Source: an uncultured Verrucomicrobiae bacterium
GTDB lineage: Bacteria; Verrucomicrobiota; Verrucomicrobiia; Chthoniobacterales; JAFAMB01
Reading direction: 5' to 3'
DNA: 64,000 nt
Assembly: GCA_963762565.1 (NCBI GenBank)
Contig: CAVXLD010000003.1
Span: 96,001 to 160,000 of the forward strand
The translations under genes were made by a program, and so were the position numbers. Within the stretch, counting starts at the first letter, position 1, and every line of letters starts with the position of its first letter. The notes under the pieces are model-generated. The model saw only the letters and a program-made list of their open reading frames with translations, was not told the DNA's origin and did not search any database. Below are positions 1-9,963 of this stretch, piece after piece.

Positions 1-149
1 CACAATCGCGGGCGAAAACTTCGATCAGATTCGATAAATAGCAAGAAAAGCCTCTTTCGGAGGCGTGGCGTCTTAGCTTAGCAGCCAAACCTTCATCGGT
101 GGCGATGGAGAGAAATGTTTTTCTGGGAAAACCCAGACCATTGTCCACC

Positions 150-518
150 TTAAACGCTCGCGCCCGGATTTTTTTGTCTTGCTTGCCCACGTTTATCAAG
201 AAGCTCCTGAAGATGGGATGGCTTCTTAATGACCCACGCGCGGCACCCATCATCAGCCAGCGAGGTGGGCTCACCAAGCGACTCAAGGTTTTTTACCTTT
301 CCTTTGGTACAAGACACCAAGCTCATGTGGTATTCTGGTTTGTTTGAGCCATCCGCGTACCTGATTTCTGATGCTATTTCGTAGGCTCTCGTTTCGAGGC
401 TGATTTTTCTGGCGTTAAGGTCGGCCACCGCCGTGTCCGGGATTTCGATCATCAGGACGAAACGTGGCGAATCAGGACGAAGACCTCGTGAAAATTCAAC
501 TCGCATGAGAGTGGGCAT
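150..518 (-). CDS. hypothetical protein
   Basis: 122-aa ATG ORF, co-oriented with the neighbouring GH gene; no recognisable motif. Confidence 0.5.
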   Translation of the reverse strand: MPTLMRVEFSRGLRPDSPRFVLMIEIPDTAVADLNARKISLETRAYEIASEIRYADGSNKPEYHMSLVSCTKGKVKNLESLGEPTSLADDGCRAWVIKKPSHLQELLDKRGQARQKNPGASV

Positions 519-616
519 TATAAATGCGATGGTCGTCTAGCGTTGTCTCAGAAGCAAGTCGGGGACAAAAAGTCTGGTCAAAGGCTTTTAAGAGCCGGCA
601 CACAGAAAATATCCCA

Positions 617-1582
617 TCAACGGCGGGTTTGGCTGGAATGCGCCCATCTTTGCGCCGCAGCGTCTAACAGCAAGTAAAAGGCTTGGCCCTCCGCCGCGAC
701 GCCGGGCTTATCAAAATGCGGCGATCCGCAAACACCCTGCACGAGGCCGAATCGGTCCACTTTGCCAGAAACGGCCTGCTTAAGCGAGCGTGCGGGTTCT
801 TCATATTCGTCGGGCAGCCACCCCGTAGCCAACCCACGATAAATGGTGTAGGCCAACATTTGCGATAAATTCACCTCCATGAAGCTTCCGGGATCATCGA
901 CAACATCGTGAAACAGCCAATCAGACCGCTTGTATTCTAATAAGGAGTCAACGAGCGAGCGTGTGATCTGTACTAGTTCTTGTTTTTGCGAGGACATTGT
1001 TTCAGGCAGCAGGTCAATTGTTCTAGCGAGCCCGGCGGCAGCCCAACCGTTTCCGATGCCCCAAAAGTCTTTTCGCACGAACGCCTGCTTTTCGTCGTCC
1101 CATCGATGACTGAACAGCCCTCTTTGCTGGTCAAACAACGCGGTCCGATAGCCATCGATTTGACGGAGCGCTTCTTCCGGATGGCCCGCGGCTGCCAGAT
1201 ACGGCGGCAGCATATACATGGAGTCAATCCAAAATTCCGGACGATTCGGAGTGTGATACACCACTCCATTATGATTTCGGGGCGCTGATTTGAGCGCCCA
1301 GTTCAAGAGGGAGTCACACGCATCTCCCAGATCCTTATCGTCCGTTTCCCGAAAGGAAAAAATCAATGTTTCTCCGACGCTGCACGGATCGGTTATCCCT
1401 TCGTCCGGACGGATCATGGCGGGGCGGCCGTCCGGCATTCTGCGGTTAGCGGCTTCTTTAGCGAGTGCGATGACCACATCGCGGTCGCCCTGTTCGAAAA
1501 AAGCATCCATCGCGACGCCTTGTTCCCATGAATTCCGCTGCATGGACAACAGGGCCAGCTTTACCAGATCAATCGTTTTCAA
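617..1582 (-). CDS. glycoside hydrolase family 88/105 (unsaturated glucuronyl/rhamnogalacturonyl hydrolase-like)
   Basis: Motifs WEQG, WIDSMYM and FWGIGNGW are typical of GH105/GH88 (alpha/alpha)6 enzymes; TTG start. Confidence 0.85.
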   Translation of the reverse strand: MKTIDLVKLALLSMQRNSWEQGVAMDAFFEQGDRDVVIALAKEAANRRMPDGRPAMIRPDEGITDPCSVGETLIFSFRETDDKDLGDACDSLLNWALKSAPRNHNGVVYHTPNRPEFWIDSMYMLPPYLAAAGHPEEALRQIDGYRTALFDQQRGLFSHRWDDEKQAFVRKDFWGIGNGWAAAGLARTIDLLPETMSSQKQELVQITRSLVDSLLEYKRSDWLFHDVVDDPGSFMEVNLSQMLAYTIYRGLATGWLPDEYEEPARSLKQAVSGKVDRFGLVQGVCGSPHFDKPGVAAEGQAFYLLLDAAAQRWAHSSQTRR

Positions 1583-1641
1583 AAAGAGGATCCTTTCGGG
1601 GCTGATAGATTTTAGCGTAGGGCTCGCAAGCTCACCCTAGC

Positions 1642-1947
1642 AGACTGTTGAAAAACGGATAGGCGACGAGGTTTAGCCGCGAAGCGGCGATTCATGATAG
1701 CCTAGGGCGAAGCCCTAGGAATAAGATAATAAGGGGTTTAGCGCTGAAGGCGCGTATCAATTTTGCGTGCGTGCTTCGATCCTGTTGCCTGGCCAAACGC
1801 ATATCGGGGCCGCGCCGATAATTGAAACGCACCTTCAGTGCGTGGCCCATTTTCAATGGGTTCCTAGGGCTCCGCCCTAGGCTATCATGAGTCGCAACTT
1901 CGTTGCTAGAGACTATGCGTCGATGAGGCTCCGTTTTTCAACAATCT
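1642..1947. mobile_element. non-autonomous MITE-like element with a nested long inverted repeat
   Basis: Terminal IRs agactgttgaaaaacgga (1642-1659) and tccgtttttcaacaatct (1930-1947) match at 17/18; internal arms 1675-1762 and 1820-1908 are reverse complements. Confidence 0.65.
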
Positions 1948-2093
1948 TAGAATCCGTTCGCGCCAGCACCTGCGTACAAATCCCGGTGGACCAATACCTT
2001 AGTCCAATAGCATCAGGCGCGGCCGAATCGTACGGTCAGTTGCTTCTAGGCGTAAGCGTCGGCTGCGCAATCAAATGTATCTCTGTCTCCGAT

Positions 2094-4034
2094 ATGAACT
2101 TTGGCGAACTCCCTTCCGAAGGTGATCATCCGGCTAACCCCGGCCGCAGCAGCCGCCGCGAATTTCTCGGTCGGACCATTCGCGGCGGAGCCCTGTTTGC
2201 TGCTTCCTCGGTCCTCGGAAAAGAGGCTTCCTCACCTGAAGAACGGACTAAGTCTCAACAGACCGATTTAACTCAAGACCGGTCTCGGCCGGCTGGCGCA
2301 ACCACCGCTGATCTTTTGGTCGAGAAGTTAGTTGAATGGGGTGTACAGGTGGTTTTCGGCCTCCCCGGCGATAAGATTGCGCACGTCATGGACGCAATCC
2401 GGCGGCGCCAAGACGAAATTCGCTTCATCCTGGTCCGTCATGAAGAAGGTGCTGCTTTTATGGCGGGTGGTTACGCGAAGGTTACGGGTAAGTTGGGCGT
2501 TTGCCTCAGCACAGCAGGCCCGGGAGCAGTGCACCTACTCAACGGGCTTTACGATGCCAAATTCGATGGAGCTCCGGTCTTGGCCATCACCGGCGCGCCG
2601 CCTCGCGCGCTATTGGGCACCCGATTTACGCAGGGCGTGGATACGATCAGCCTGTATGAAGACCTCACGAGCGGAGTTTACAACGAACTGATTACCAGTC
2701 CGTACCATTTGCTTTTGGTCGCGGACACTGCGCGCCGCGCTGCCCTCGCGTATCGAGGGGTAGCTCATCTCAGTTTTCCTATCGATGTACAAACCAAACG
2801 GCTTGCTGATGACGACGAATCGCTTGGCGCGGATGTGCAGCCGGCCTCGGCGTCGAGTTGGGTGCCACAGGTCGAGGCGCCCGCACCCGATGCGGTCCGG
2901 GCAGCCGCCGATTTGCTCAACGCCGGACGCCGTACCGTCCTTCTGGTTGGTCAAGGTGCACTCGGGGCGACCAAGGAGGTAGAGGCCGTCGCAGCCCGCC
3001 GGGCCGCGCCGGTGGCCAAAGCGTTTCTTGGTAAAGCGGTCATTTCCGACTCTTTTCCGTACTCCACGGGCGGCATCGGAGAGTTTGGCACCACGGCTTC
3101 ATCCGCAGCCATGCGGGGCTGTGATACTTTGCTCATCGCCGGCTCAACTATGCCCTGGTTACACTACTACCCCAAGCCCGGACAGGCTCGCATTGTGCAA
3201 ATCGACCGTGACCCGACGCGCCTCGGGCTGCGTGCCGCCGTTGATGTTGCCATCGTGGGCGACGTGCGTCGGACGCTGGCGGATTTGCTGCCGCTCTTAG
3301 AGCCGCAAACAGATCGCACTTTTCTTGAACAGATCCAAGCCAAGATGAGCGAATGGAATGAGGGATTGCATCGGATCGAGACGAGTTCAAAACTGCCGCT
3401 CCAACCGCAATTTGTGGCGCGTCAGTTATCAGAGCTGCTCGCTCCCGATGCCATAATTACCTGCGATTGCGGAGCTAACACGTTCTTTGCTGCCCGCCAT
3501 ATCTCCATGGTGACAACCCAGAAACTGGTAGCTGGCGGAAACCTCTCCACCATGGCGTGTGGACTCCCTTTTGTGATCGGCGCACAATTCGCCTATCCGC
3601 AGCGGCAGTGCGTCGCCTTCGTGGGGGACGGCGGCTTTACCATGTTGATGGGAGAATTCGCCACCGCAGTAAAGTATAAGCTTCCGATTAAGGTGATCGT
3701 GCTGAAAAACGATCACTACTCACGGATAGTTAGCGAGGATCAGACACTCGGTATTCCACCGTTCGGAACTGAGCTACAACCAATTGACTTTGTCCGATTC
3801 GCCGAAGCCTGTGGAGGCGCCGGTTTCGCCTGCGCGCGGCCGGAAGAGGTGCGCCCTGCGCTTGAGGCGGCTTGGCGCATCGCGGACCGGCCGGCATTGG
3901 TGGAGGCGACGATCGACAACGACGCAGATGTATCTCCGCCGGATGAATACCTTTCGAGAATCTTAAAAGGCACTTCGTTCTCGTCCTCGTCGTCGTCCTC
4001 GTCCTCGAATCCGACACGCGGAGCGATGGAGTGA
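2094..4034 (+). CDS. thiamine-pyrophosphate enzyme, pyruvate oxidase/PoxB-like, with N-terminal twin-arginine-like segment
   Basis: VFGLPGD, VRHEEGAAFMA, AGPGAVHLLNGLYDA and the TPP motif GDGGF...KND; start moved to ATG 2094 because ATG 1887 lies inside a repeat. Confidence 0.88.
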   Translation: MNFGELPSEGDHPANPGRSSRREFLGRTIRGGALFAASSVLGKEASSPEERTKSQQTDLTQDRSRPAGATTADLLVEKLVEWGVQVVFGLPGDKIAHVMDAIRRRQDEIRFILVRHEEGAAFMAGGYAKVTGKLGVCLSTAGPGAVHLLNGLYDAKFDGAPVLAITGAPPRALLGTRFTQGVDTISLYEDLTSGVYNELITSPYHLLLVADTARRAALAYRGVAHLSFPIDVQTKRLADDDESLGADVQPASASSWVPQVEAPAPDAVRAAADLLNAGRRTVLLVGQGALGATKEVEAVAARRAAPVAKAFLGKAVISDSFPYSTGGIGEFGTTASSAAMRGCDTLLIAGSTMPWLHYYPKPGQARIVQIDRDPTRLGLRAAVDVAIVGDVRRTLADLLPLLEPQTDRTFLEQIQAKMSEWNEGLHRIETSSKLPLQPQFVARQLSELLAPDAIITCDCGANTFFAARHISMVTTQKLVAGGNLSTMACGLPFVIGAQFAYPQRQCVAFVGDGGFTMLMGEFATAVKYKLPIKVIVLKNDHYSRIVSEDQTLGIPPFGTELQPIDFVRFAEACGGAGFACARPEEVRPALEAAWRIADRPALVEATIDNDADVSPPDEYLSRILKGTSFSSSSSSSSSNPTRGAME

Positions 4035-4105
4035 TGGAGCGTTGGAGTACTGCGCTAAGTCCGAAACGCACCCGCGTAGCGGGTTCGAGAATCTGAAGCA
4101 GTGCA
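3973..4105 (-). repeat. family A repeat (GAGGACGAGGACGACGACGAGGACGAGAACGA core)
   Basis: Related copies at about 12610-12737, 15245-15412, 18839-18910, 21418-21444, 43457-43635, 45939-46100, 60680-60900, 61475-61730 and 63709-63828. Confidence 0.85.
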
Positions 4106-4156
4106 GCGCTAAAGGCACTCGAGTGAGAGCGATACTCGCATTTAGTGCCGCCAACA

Positions 4157-4577
4157 TTACTTGACCGATTTCAGCAAACTCTGCCGCACGGCCTTGATCT
4201 CGCGTAGAAGTTTGCGCAGATCCGCAAGAGAAAGGCCACTCGCCGCGAGAATACATTGCGGGATGCCGCGGGCTTTCTTTTGCAGGGCGCGGCCGGCATT
4301 CGTCAAGCGAACTCGGACCTGGCGTTCATCGGCAGGATCCCGGTTGCGGCTAAGATACTCGATGGCCTCGAGGCGCTTGAGGAGCGAGGGTACTCGATTC
4401 TAGAAAGAGGGTTTCTCCCAGTTCTCCGACGGTTTGGTCGTCTTTGCCCCAAAGGGAGAGCATCACGAGATATTGCGGATAAGTGAGACCGAGCTCGTCG
4501 AGAAGCGGCTTGTAGACCCGATTGAAGGCGTGCCCAGCCGAGTAGACGCTATGTAAAAATCCGCTGCAAACAGACAA
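4157..4577 (-). pseudogene. ohrR: OhrR-like MarR regulator, frameshifted, 5' end lost
   Basis: VYSAGHAFNRVYKPLLDELGLTYPQYLV...ESSTL, a frame change near 4385, then LLKRLEAIEYLSRNRDPADERQVRVRLT...SLLKSVK and stop at 4157. Confidence 0.8.
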
Positions 4578-4602
4578 TCGGGATGGTTACCAGCATTTCC
4601 CT

Positions 4603-4845
4603 AGTCCAGGAGATATTACGGTCGAGGTTCGAGACTCGGGACCGGGCCCCGATCCGGAACATCTCAATCAACTTTTCGAAGCCTTTTATACGACGAAACC
4701 TCAGGGTCTCGGCATCGGCCTAACGATCAGCCGGACGATTGTGGAAGCTCATGGAGGACGCCTCTGGGCGAAGCCGAACGAGCCACGCGGAGCGGTCTTT
4801 CAGTTCTCGTTACCAGTCCGGAGGTTGGTGCGGACATATTCATAG
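4603..4845 (+). pseudogene. C-terminal HATPase_c fragment of a sensor histidine kinase
   Basis: Manual translation VEVRDSGPG..LFEAFYTTKPQGLGIGLTISRTIVEAHGGRLWAKPNEPRGAVFQFSLPV shows the G1, F and G2 boxes; no N-terminal part; absent from the ORF track. Confidence 0.85.
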
Positions 4846-4894
4846 GTGCAGGAGTTCAGGAGTTACAGGGGGAGTCAGGGGGCCACTATTTTGG

Positions 4895-5821
4895 CTATCC
4901 GGTTGCTTCGAGTTCTTGCAGAAGTGGCGGCCGGTGAGACCCGGCCTGCTTGGCGGCGGCTATGAAATTTGTGGTCGATGTCGAACGCTTCGACTTCCTG
5001 TAGGCGATACCCACAATGAGCGGCGGGGGCGAAGGACGAAGGGGGCGAAACTTTAGTCGCGGCCCGGCGAAGCAGGTGAGGGCTTGTGACACTAGGGCGA
5101 CGCCCCGACCCCCCTCGAGTGCAGCGATAAGGCTGGTGGCGCTGTCGAATTCTTCCGCAATTTCTGGCGGGCGATTCAGCGGTGCAAACACGCGGTCAAT
5201 AATTTCGTGATAATCGGGATACTCGGAAAGCGTGACCGCAAGAAGACGTTCCTTTGCGATTTGTTCCAATCCGACTTTGCGCACGCGCGCCAGTGGATGC
5301 GCCGGATGTACGGCCAGACAGAACGGGTAGCGCTGCAGTTCCTCAAAAACCAAGCCGGCTGTGACTTTGATTGATAGCGACTCCAGCAGCGCAACCTGTA
5401 ATGTTCCGTCGACTAGACCAAGAAGCATTTCTTGAGTCGACAAATCGTGAAGCCCCACCTGTACGCCGGGACTAGACTCGTGGAAATATTTCAGAGCACG
5501 CGGAAGAAGTTCCACCGCTAATGAAGGCGCGTAGCCGACCTGAATCTCGCCGCGCTGTCCACTGCCAACGATTTTCGCCGTTTGCACCGCATCGTCCACT
5601 CGCTGCAGTGCCGCGCGCGCCTCCGGTAAGAACGCTCGCCCGGCATCGGTCAGCCGCAATGCTTTGGCGCTGTGCTCGAACAGGGCAACGCCAAGTTCGT
5701 CTTCGAGATCCCGAATTTGGCGGCTCAATGGAGGTTGCGAGACATGCAGCTTCGCTGCCGCGCGAGTTATATTTTGCAATTCCGCAACAGCAACGAAGTA
5801 GCGCAGATGGCGGAGTTCCAT
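4895..5821 (-). CDS. LysR family transcriptional regulator
   Basis: MELRHLRYFVAVAE...SQPPLSRQIRDLEDELG HTH; start placed at ATG 5821; divergent from the ycaC cluster. Confidence 0.93.
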   Translation of the reverse strand: MELRHLRYFVAVAELQNITRAAAKLHVSQPPLSRQIRDLEDELGVALFEHSAKALRLTDAGRAFLPEARAALQRVDDAVQTAKIVGSGQRGEIQVGYAPSLAVELLPRALKYFHESSPGVQVGLHDLSTQEMLLGLVDGTLQVALLESLSIKVTAGLVFEELQRYPFCLAVHPAHPLARVRKVGLEQIAKERLLAVTLSEYPDYHEIIDRVFAPLNRPPEIAEEFDSATSLIAALEGGRGVALVSQALTCFAGPRLKFRPLRPSPPPLIVGIAYRKSKRSTSTTNFIAAAKQAGSHRPPLLQELEATG

Positions 5822-5997
5822 TTCGGCAGCATATCTGACGGGTATGGTTAGCCAAGCAACAAAGTAATTTTCCCTTTCATCGGCGGGGGCTAGTTCTTTC
5901 CTTAGGACAGTCGTCCCAAAGCAGCGGGCGTCGGCTATTGCCGGCACGGTCGAACGTTAGTTCAAATGGATAGCTAGTTGGTTGTAGAAAAGAAACA

Positions 5998-6081
5998 ATG
6001 AGTCGATACCACAAACTCTATACTCCGAAAGACAGCGCTATTTGTCTTCATCGATCACCAACCGCAAATGACATTTGGCGT
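5998..6081 (+). pseudogene. degenerate duplicate of the first ~28 codons of the ycaC-like gene
   Basis: Closely matches 6307-6389, with a 1-nt insertion (gctatttgtc vs gctattgtc). Confidence 0.8.
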
Positions 6082-6306
6082 AAGGCGATACTAAATTTCG
6101 TAAGTTCGGGATACCGTACCGTGTCGACAGGTTCAACTTTAGTGCGTAAGTCTCTGCTGTAGAGGCACTAACCGTGCGTTAGAAATGCTTGGCACGCAAT
6201 GTGATGAGCGCGTTCTACACATAGCTAAACCCCAGAAGCATCGTCGCAGGGCAGACCCTGCCACCAAAAAGTTTAAATTATCAGAACTACTAATAAATCG
6301 CAGACT

Positions 6307-6984
6307 ATGAGCCAATACCATAAACTATACACCCCGGAAGACAGCGCTATTGTCTTCATCGATCACCAACCACAAATGACATTTGGCGTTGCCAGTATTG
6401 ACCGAGCTTTGCTCATCAATAATGTGACGCTGCTTGCCAAAGTCGCCAAGGAATTCGGCGTCCCAGTAGTCCTCACCGCCGTCGAAACGGAATCCTTTAG
6501 CGGTTATGTTTGGCCTCAACTTCTCAACGTTTTTCCAGGACAACCCGTCATTGAGCGAAGTTCCATGAATTCCTGGGATGAGCCCGGGTTCCGGGCAGCG
6601 ATCGAGGCTACCGGTAAAAAGAATATCCTCTTGTGCGGCCTCTGGACCGAGGTCTGCGTGACCTGGCCAGCGATCGAGATGCTCGGCGCCGGATATAACA
6701 TTTACGTGGTTGAAGATTGTTGTGGGGCGACTTCCCCGGCGGCTCACGAAGCTGCTTTGTCGCGAATGGTGCAAGCGGGCGCAGTCCGACTGACGACGAT
6801 TCCGGCATTACTCGAATGGCAGAGGGATTGGGCCAAGCGCGAACACTACAATCAGTTGATGGATCTATTGAAGCCGCAGGCCGGCGCCTACGGGGTCGGC
6901 GTGGAATACGCCTACACCATGGTTCACCACGCTCCGCAATCGGCTGCGAAACCGCAAATCGTGCCGAAGAAAGCTGCTCACTAG
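6307..6984 (+). CDS. ycaC: YcaC-like isochorismatase-family hydrolase
   Basis: FIDHQPQM, RSSMNSW, GLWTEVCV, LLEWQRDW. Confidence 0.9.
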   Translation: MSQYHKLYTPEDSAIVFIDHQPQMTFGVASIDRALLINNVTLLAKVAKEFGVPVVLTAVETESFSGYVWPQLLNVFPGQPVIERSSMNSWDEPGFRAAIEATGKKNILLCGLWTEVCVTWPAIEMLGAGYNIYVVEDCCGATSPAAHEAALSRMVQAGAVRLTTIPALLEWQRDWAKREHYNQLMDLLKPQAGAYGVGVEYAYTMVHHAPQSAAKPQIVPKKAAH

Positions 6985-7002
6985 CATTCACCGAGAGCTT
7001 TC

Positions 7003-8841
7003 ATGAAGCAGATTGCTGACCTTATCCTGCAAAATGGGCGAATCACGACGCTCGATTCACAGTACCCTTCGGCTACCGAGGTTGTGATTGTTGGCGACAA
7101 AATTGCCGGAGTCGACAATTCCGCAGAATTCGAGCGAGGGCCGCAGACGAAAGTCGTCGACCTAAAAGGACGAAGAGTGATTCCTGGTCTCTATGATTCG
7201 CATCTGCACGTCATTCGCGGCGGTCTAAATTACAATATGGAGCTGCGTTGGGAGGGGGTACCTTCATTGTCCCTCGCTTTGGAGATGCTGCGTGCGCAAG
7301 CTGCCAGAACACCTGCACCCCAATGGGTGCGGGTGGTGGGGGGATGGACTGAATTTCAGTTCGTTGAGCGGAGAATGCCAACCTTGGAGGAGATCAACGC
7401 CGCCGCACCGGATACACCGGTCTTCGTTCTCCATTTGTACTGTCGGGCCTTGCTCAATCGTGCGGCACTGAAGGCGTGCGGCTATACGAAAGATACGCCC
7501 AATCCACCGGGAGGCGAGATCATACGGGACAAGGCTGGTAATCCGACCGGTATGTTGGTCGCCCGTCCCAATGCAGCGATCCTCTACGCCACGCTCGCCA
7601 AGGGGCCGAAACTTCCACCAGAATACCAGTATAATTCCACCCGGCATTTCATGCGGGAGCTCAACCGTCTCGGAGTAACCAGTGTATGCGACGCAGGAGG
7701 CGGATTTCAGAATTATCCAGAAGACTACGAGATCATCCAACAACTTCATCAGCGCGGTGAGATGACGGTTCGCATCGCTTACAATCTTTTCACCCAAAAA
7801 CCAGGCGGTGAGTTAGAAGATTTTGTGCGCTGGTCGAAGGTCGTTAAGCCGGGCCAAGGTGACGACATGTTCCGATGCAATGGAGCGGGGGAAATGTTAG
7901 TTTTCTCGGCGGCAGATTTCGAGGACTTCTTGGAGCCACGCCCTGACCTTCCGGAAAAACTTGAGAGCGAGTTAGAGCGCGTTGTTCGCTTTCTGGCCGA
8001 AAATCGATGGCCGTTCCGGATCCACGCGACCTACGAGGAATCGATCGACCGTTTCTTGAACATCTATGAAAGGGTTAATCACGATGTGCCTCTCGATGGG
8101 CTGCATTGGTTCTTCGATCATTGCGAGACGATATCGGATCGCAACATCGAGCGAGTGAAAGCACTCGGAGGCGGGATCGCCATTCAACATCGGATGGCGT
8201 TCCAAGGGGAATACTTCGTCGATCGCTATGGTGCGAAAGCGGCTCAGCGTACCCCGCCTCTGCGGCGCATGTTGGAAATGGGCGTACCGGTTGGAGCCGG
8301 CACTGACGCCACTCGAGTCGCCAGCTACAACCCTTTCGTTTCCCTGTATTGGATGACGGCGGGAAAAACCGTGGGAGGACTTCAGCTTTATCCGAATAAC
8401 GCATTGCTCTCGCGGGAAGAAGCGTTACGTCTCTACACTCAGGGCAGCACCTGGATGTCTCGGGACGAAGGAAAACGCGGCGCAATCTCGCCGGGTCAAC
8501 TAGCAGATCTAGCCGTCCTGAGTGACGACTACTTCGCGATTCCCGAAGAGGAAATAAAATCGCTCGAGTCGGTGTTAACTATCGTGGGTGGGAAGGCAGT
8601 TTACGCAGCCCAGGAATTTAAACCACTCGATCCAGATGATCTTCCGGTGATGCCAGATTGGTCACCGGTTCGTCACTATCCGGGATATTGGAAACAGGAA
8701 CACGAGTTGCACATGCATGGCTGTTGTGGGCATGAGCATCATGGAGAGCAGGCGGCTCGACGCAATCCCTCAAATATACCGCAGTGGATGCTTGGACCGC
8801 GCGGTCTTCTCGATGGCGGCTGCGAATGTTTTGGCTTCTGA
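7003..8841 (+). CDS. YtcJ-like amidohydrolase (amidohydrolase_3)
   Basis: PGLYDSHLH, FRIHATY, FFDHCE, GTDATRV; Cys/His-rich tail. Confidence 0.9.
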   Translation: MKQIADLILQNGRITTLDSQYPSATEVVIVGDKIAGVDNSAEFERGPQTKVVDLKGRRVIPGLYDSHLHVIRGGLNYNMELRWEGVPSLSLALEMLRAQAARTPAPQWVRVVGGWTEFQFVERRMPTLEEINAAAPDTPVFVLHLYCRALLNRAALKACGYTKDTPNPPGGEIIRDKAGNPTGMLVARPNAAILYATLAKGPKLPPEYQYNSTRHFMRELNRLGVTSVCDAGGGFQNYPEDYEIIQQLHQRGEMTVRIAYNLFTQKPGGELEDFVRWSKVVKPGQGDDMFRCNGAGEMLVFSAADFEDFLEPRPDLPEKLESELERVVRFLAENRWPFRIHATYEESIDRFLNIYERVNHDVPLDGLHWFFDHCETISDRNIERVKALGGGIAIQHRMAFQGEYFVDRYGAKAAQRTPPLRRMLEMGVPVGAGTDATRVASYNPFVSLYWMTAGKTVGGLQLYPNNALLSREEALRLYTQGSTWMSRDEGKRGAISPGQLADLAVLSDDYFAIPEEEIKSLESVLTIVGGKAVYAAQEFKPLDPDDLPVMPDWSPVRHYPGYWKQEHELHMHGCCGHEHHGEQAARRNPSNIPQWMLGPRGLLDGGCECFGF

Positions 8842-8996
8842 ACCCGCCTTCGCCAAGCCTACGGCGCGGCAGGCTACGAAATCACAACCGCGAATTAACA
8901 CGAATAAGAAACGCGAATGCACACGAATTTGAACCGCCAATCCATCTGTTACGGCGCGGCAGGCAGCGAAAAATTGCAGGCAAAATCCAACCACCT

Positions 8997-9719
8997 ATGA
9001 AAAACATCTTTGCAGTTGGCGCATTGCTTCTTGTCTATGCAGCGGCTTTTGCTGCGGATAACACCGCACCGGCCGAAAAGACTTTCGACGGGCCGCATGG
9101 CTTGAAGGTTTCAGTCAAAATGGCCGGCCCCTATTCAGAACCGGCCGATCTCCAAATTATCTGTCTCTTCAAACACAAGCCCGACGGTGACACCTACCAG
9201 GGAGCCGCCAAAGATACCGATCAGCACTTGCATGGCTTACTCTCCGGGTTGCGAAATCGTGATGAGTTTGTCGGCGAACTCGGAGAAACAATCCTTTTCA
9301 CCCCGTCCGCAGGCTCAATTCCTGCCAAGCGTTTTATGGTGATTGGGTTGGGCGACGAAAAAGATTTGTCGCTGGATTCACTCCGGGTAGTGGGGCGCAT
9401 CGCGGCTCGCGAAGCCGTTCGACTTCAGGCCAAGCACGTTGCTTGGGCGCCCGTCATTCGGGATGAAGGCAACAGTACTATCGACGTCGGCGAAGGTGAC
9501 CGGGTTTTTATCGAGCAAATGCTTTCCGCATATGACACGGAGAAACGTCTCCAGGAGCAGGAACTCGCGCCCAATTTCAGTATAGAGGATATCGTCATTG
9601 AAGCGGGACCGACGTTCTTCGAGAGCGCTGCAAAACAAGTCCACGAAGGTATTGAGGCCATGGCTGCGCAAGTGGCTCGGCGCAGCGCCACTCCCTATGC
9701 CTCCGCGACGATGCAGTGA
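8997..9719 (+). CDS. secreted protein resembling the isolated N-terminal domain of M17 leucyl aminopeptidases
   Basis: Signal-peptide-like MKNIFAVGALLLVYAAAFAA; FVGELGETILF..IPAKRFMVIGLG; no catalytic M17 domain. Confidence 0.65.
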   Translation: MKNIFAVGALLLVYAAAFAADNTAPAEKTFDGPHGLKVSVKMAGPYSEPADLQIICLFKHKPDGDTYQGAAKDTDQHLHGLLSGLRNRDEFVGELGETILFTPSAGSIPAKRFMVIGLGDEKDLSLDSLRVVGRIAAREAVRLQAKHVAWAPVIRDEGNSTIDVGEGDRVFIEQMLSAYDTEKRLQEQELAPNFSIEDIVIEAGPTFFESAAKQVHEGIEAMAAQVARRSATPYASATMQ

Positions 9720-9739
9720 AACGAGGGCGGTGGCAAACC

Positions 9740-9920
9740 GGGAGGGCGCGCGTCCTCGCGCGCCGCGACGACGTGCCATAACCCAAAGATGCATTTCGCC
9801 GGTCGTTGGAATACGTGCTCGGCTCCGTTAACGACGGATCGCGAGGGTCCGACGTCGCCGAAGCTGGGAGAAAAGGAACCAGGAAGAGAAGGCTATGTCG
9901 GACAGGCAGCGATCCCTCCC
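9740..9920. repeat. family B REP/MITE-like element (GGGAGGGCGCGCGTCC...GCGATCCCTCCC)
   Basis: Other copies at 14137-14257, 14285-14365, 21241-21419, 37087-37210, 50794-50974, 60545-60674 and 62325-62507; ends are imperfect inverted repeats. Confidence 0.85.
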
Positions 9921-9963
9921 GGGCGGTGGGCCGGCATTCAATCTGACAACGAAGGCCGCGAGC

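Noticed and set aside
1..148. Minus-strand open frame from GTG 148 running off the window
   Set aside because: Plausible partial gene, but too short to support
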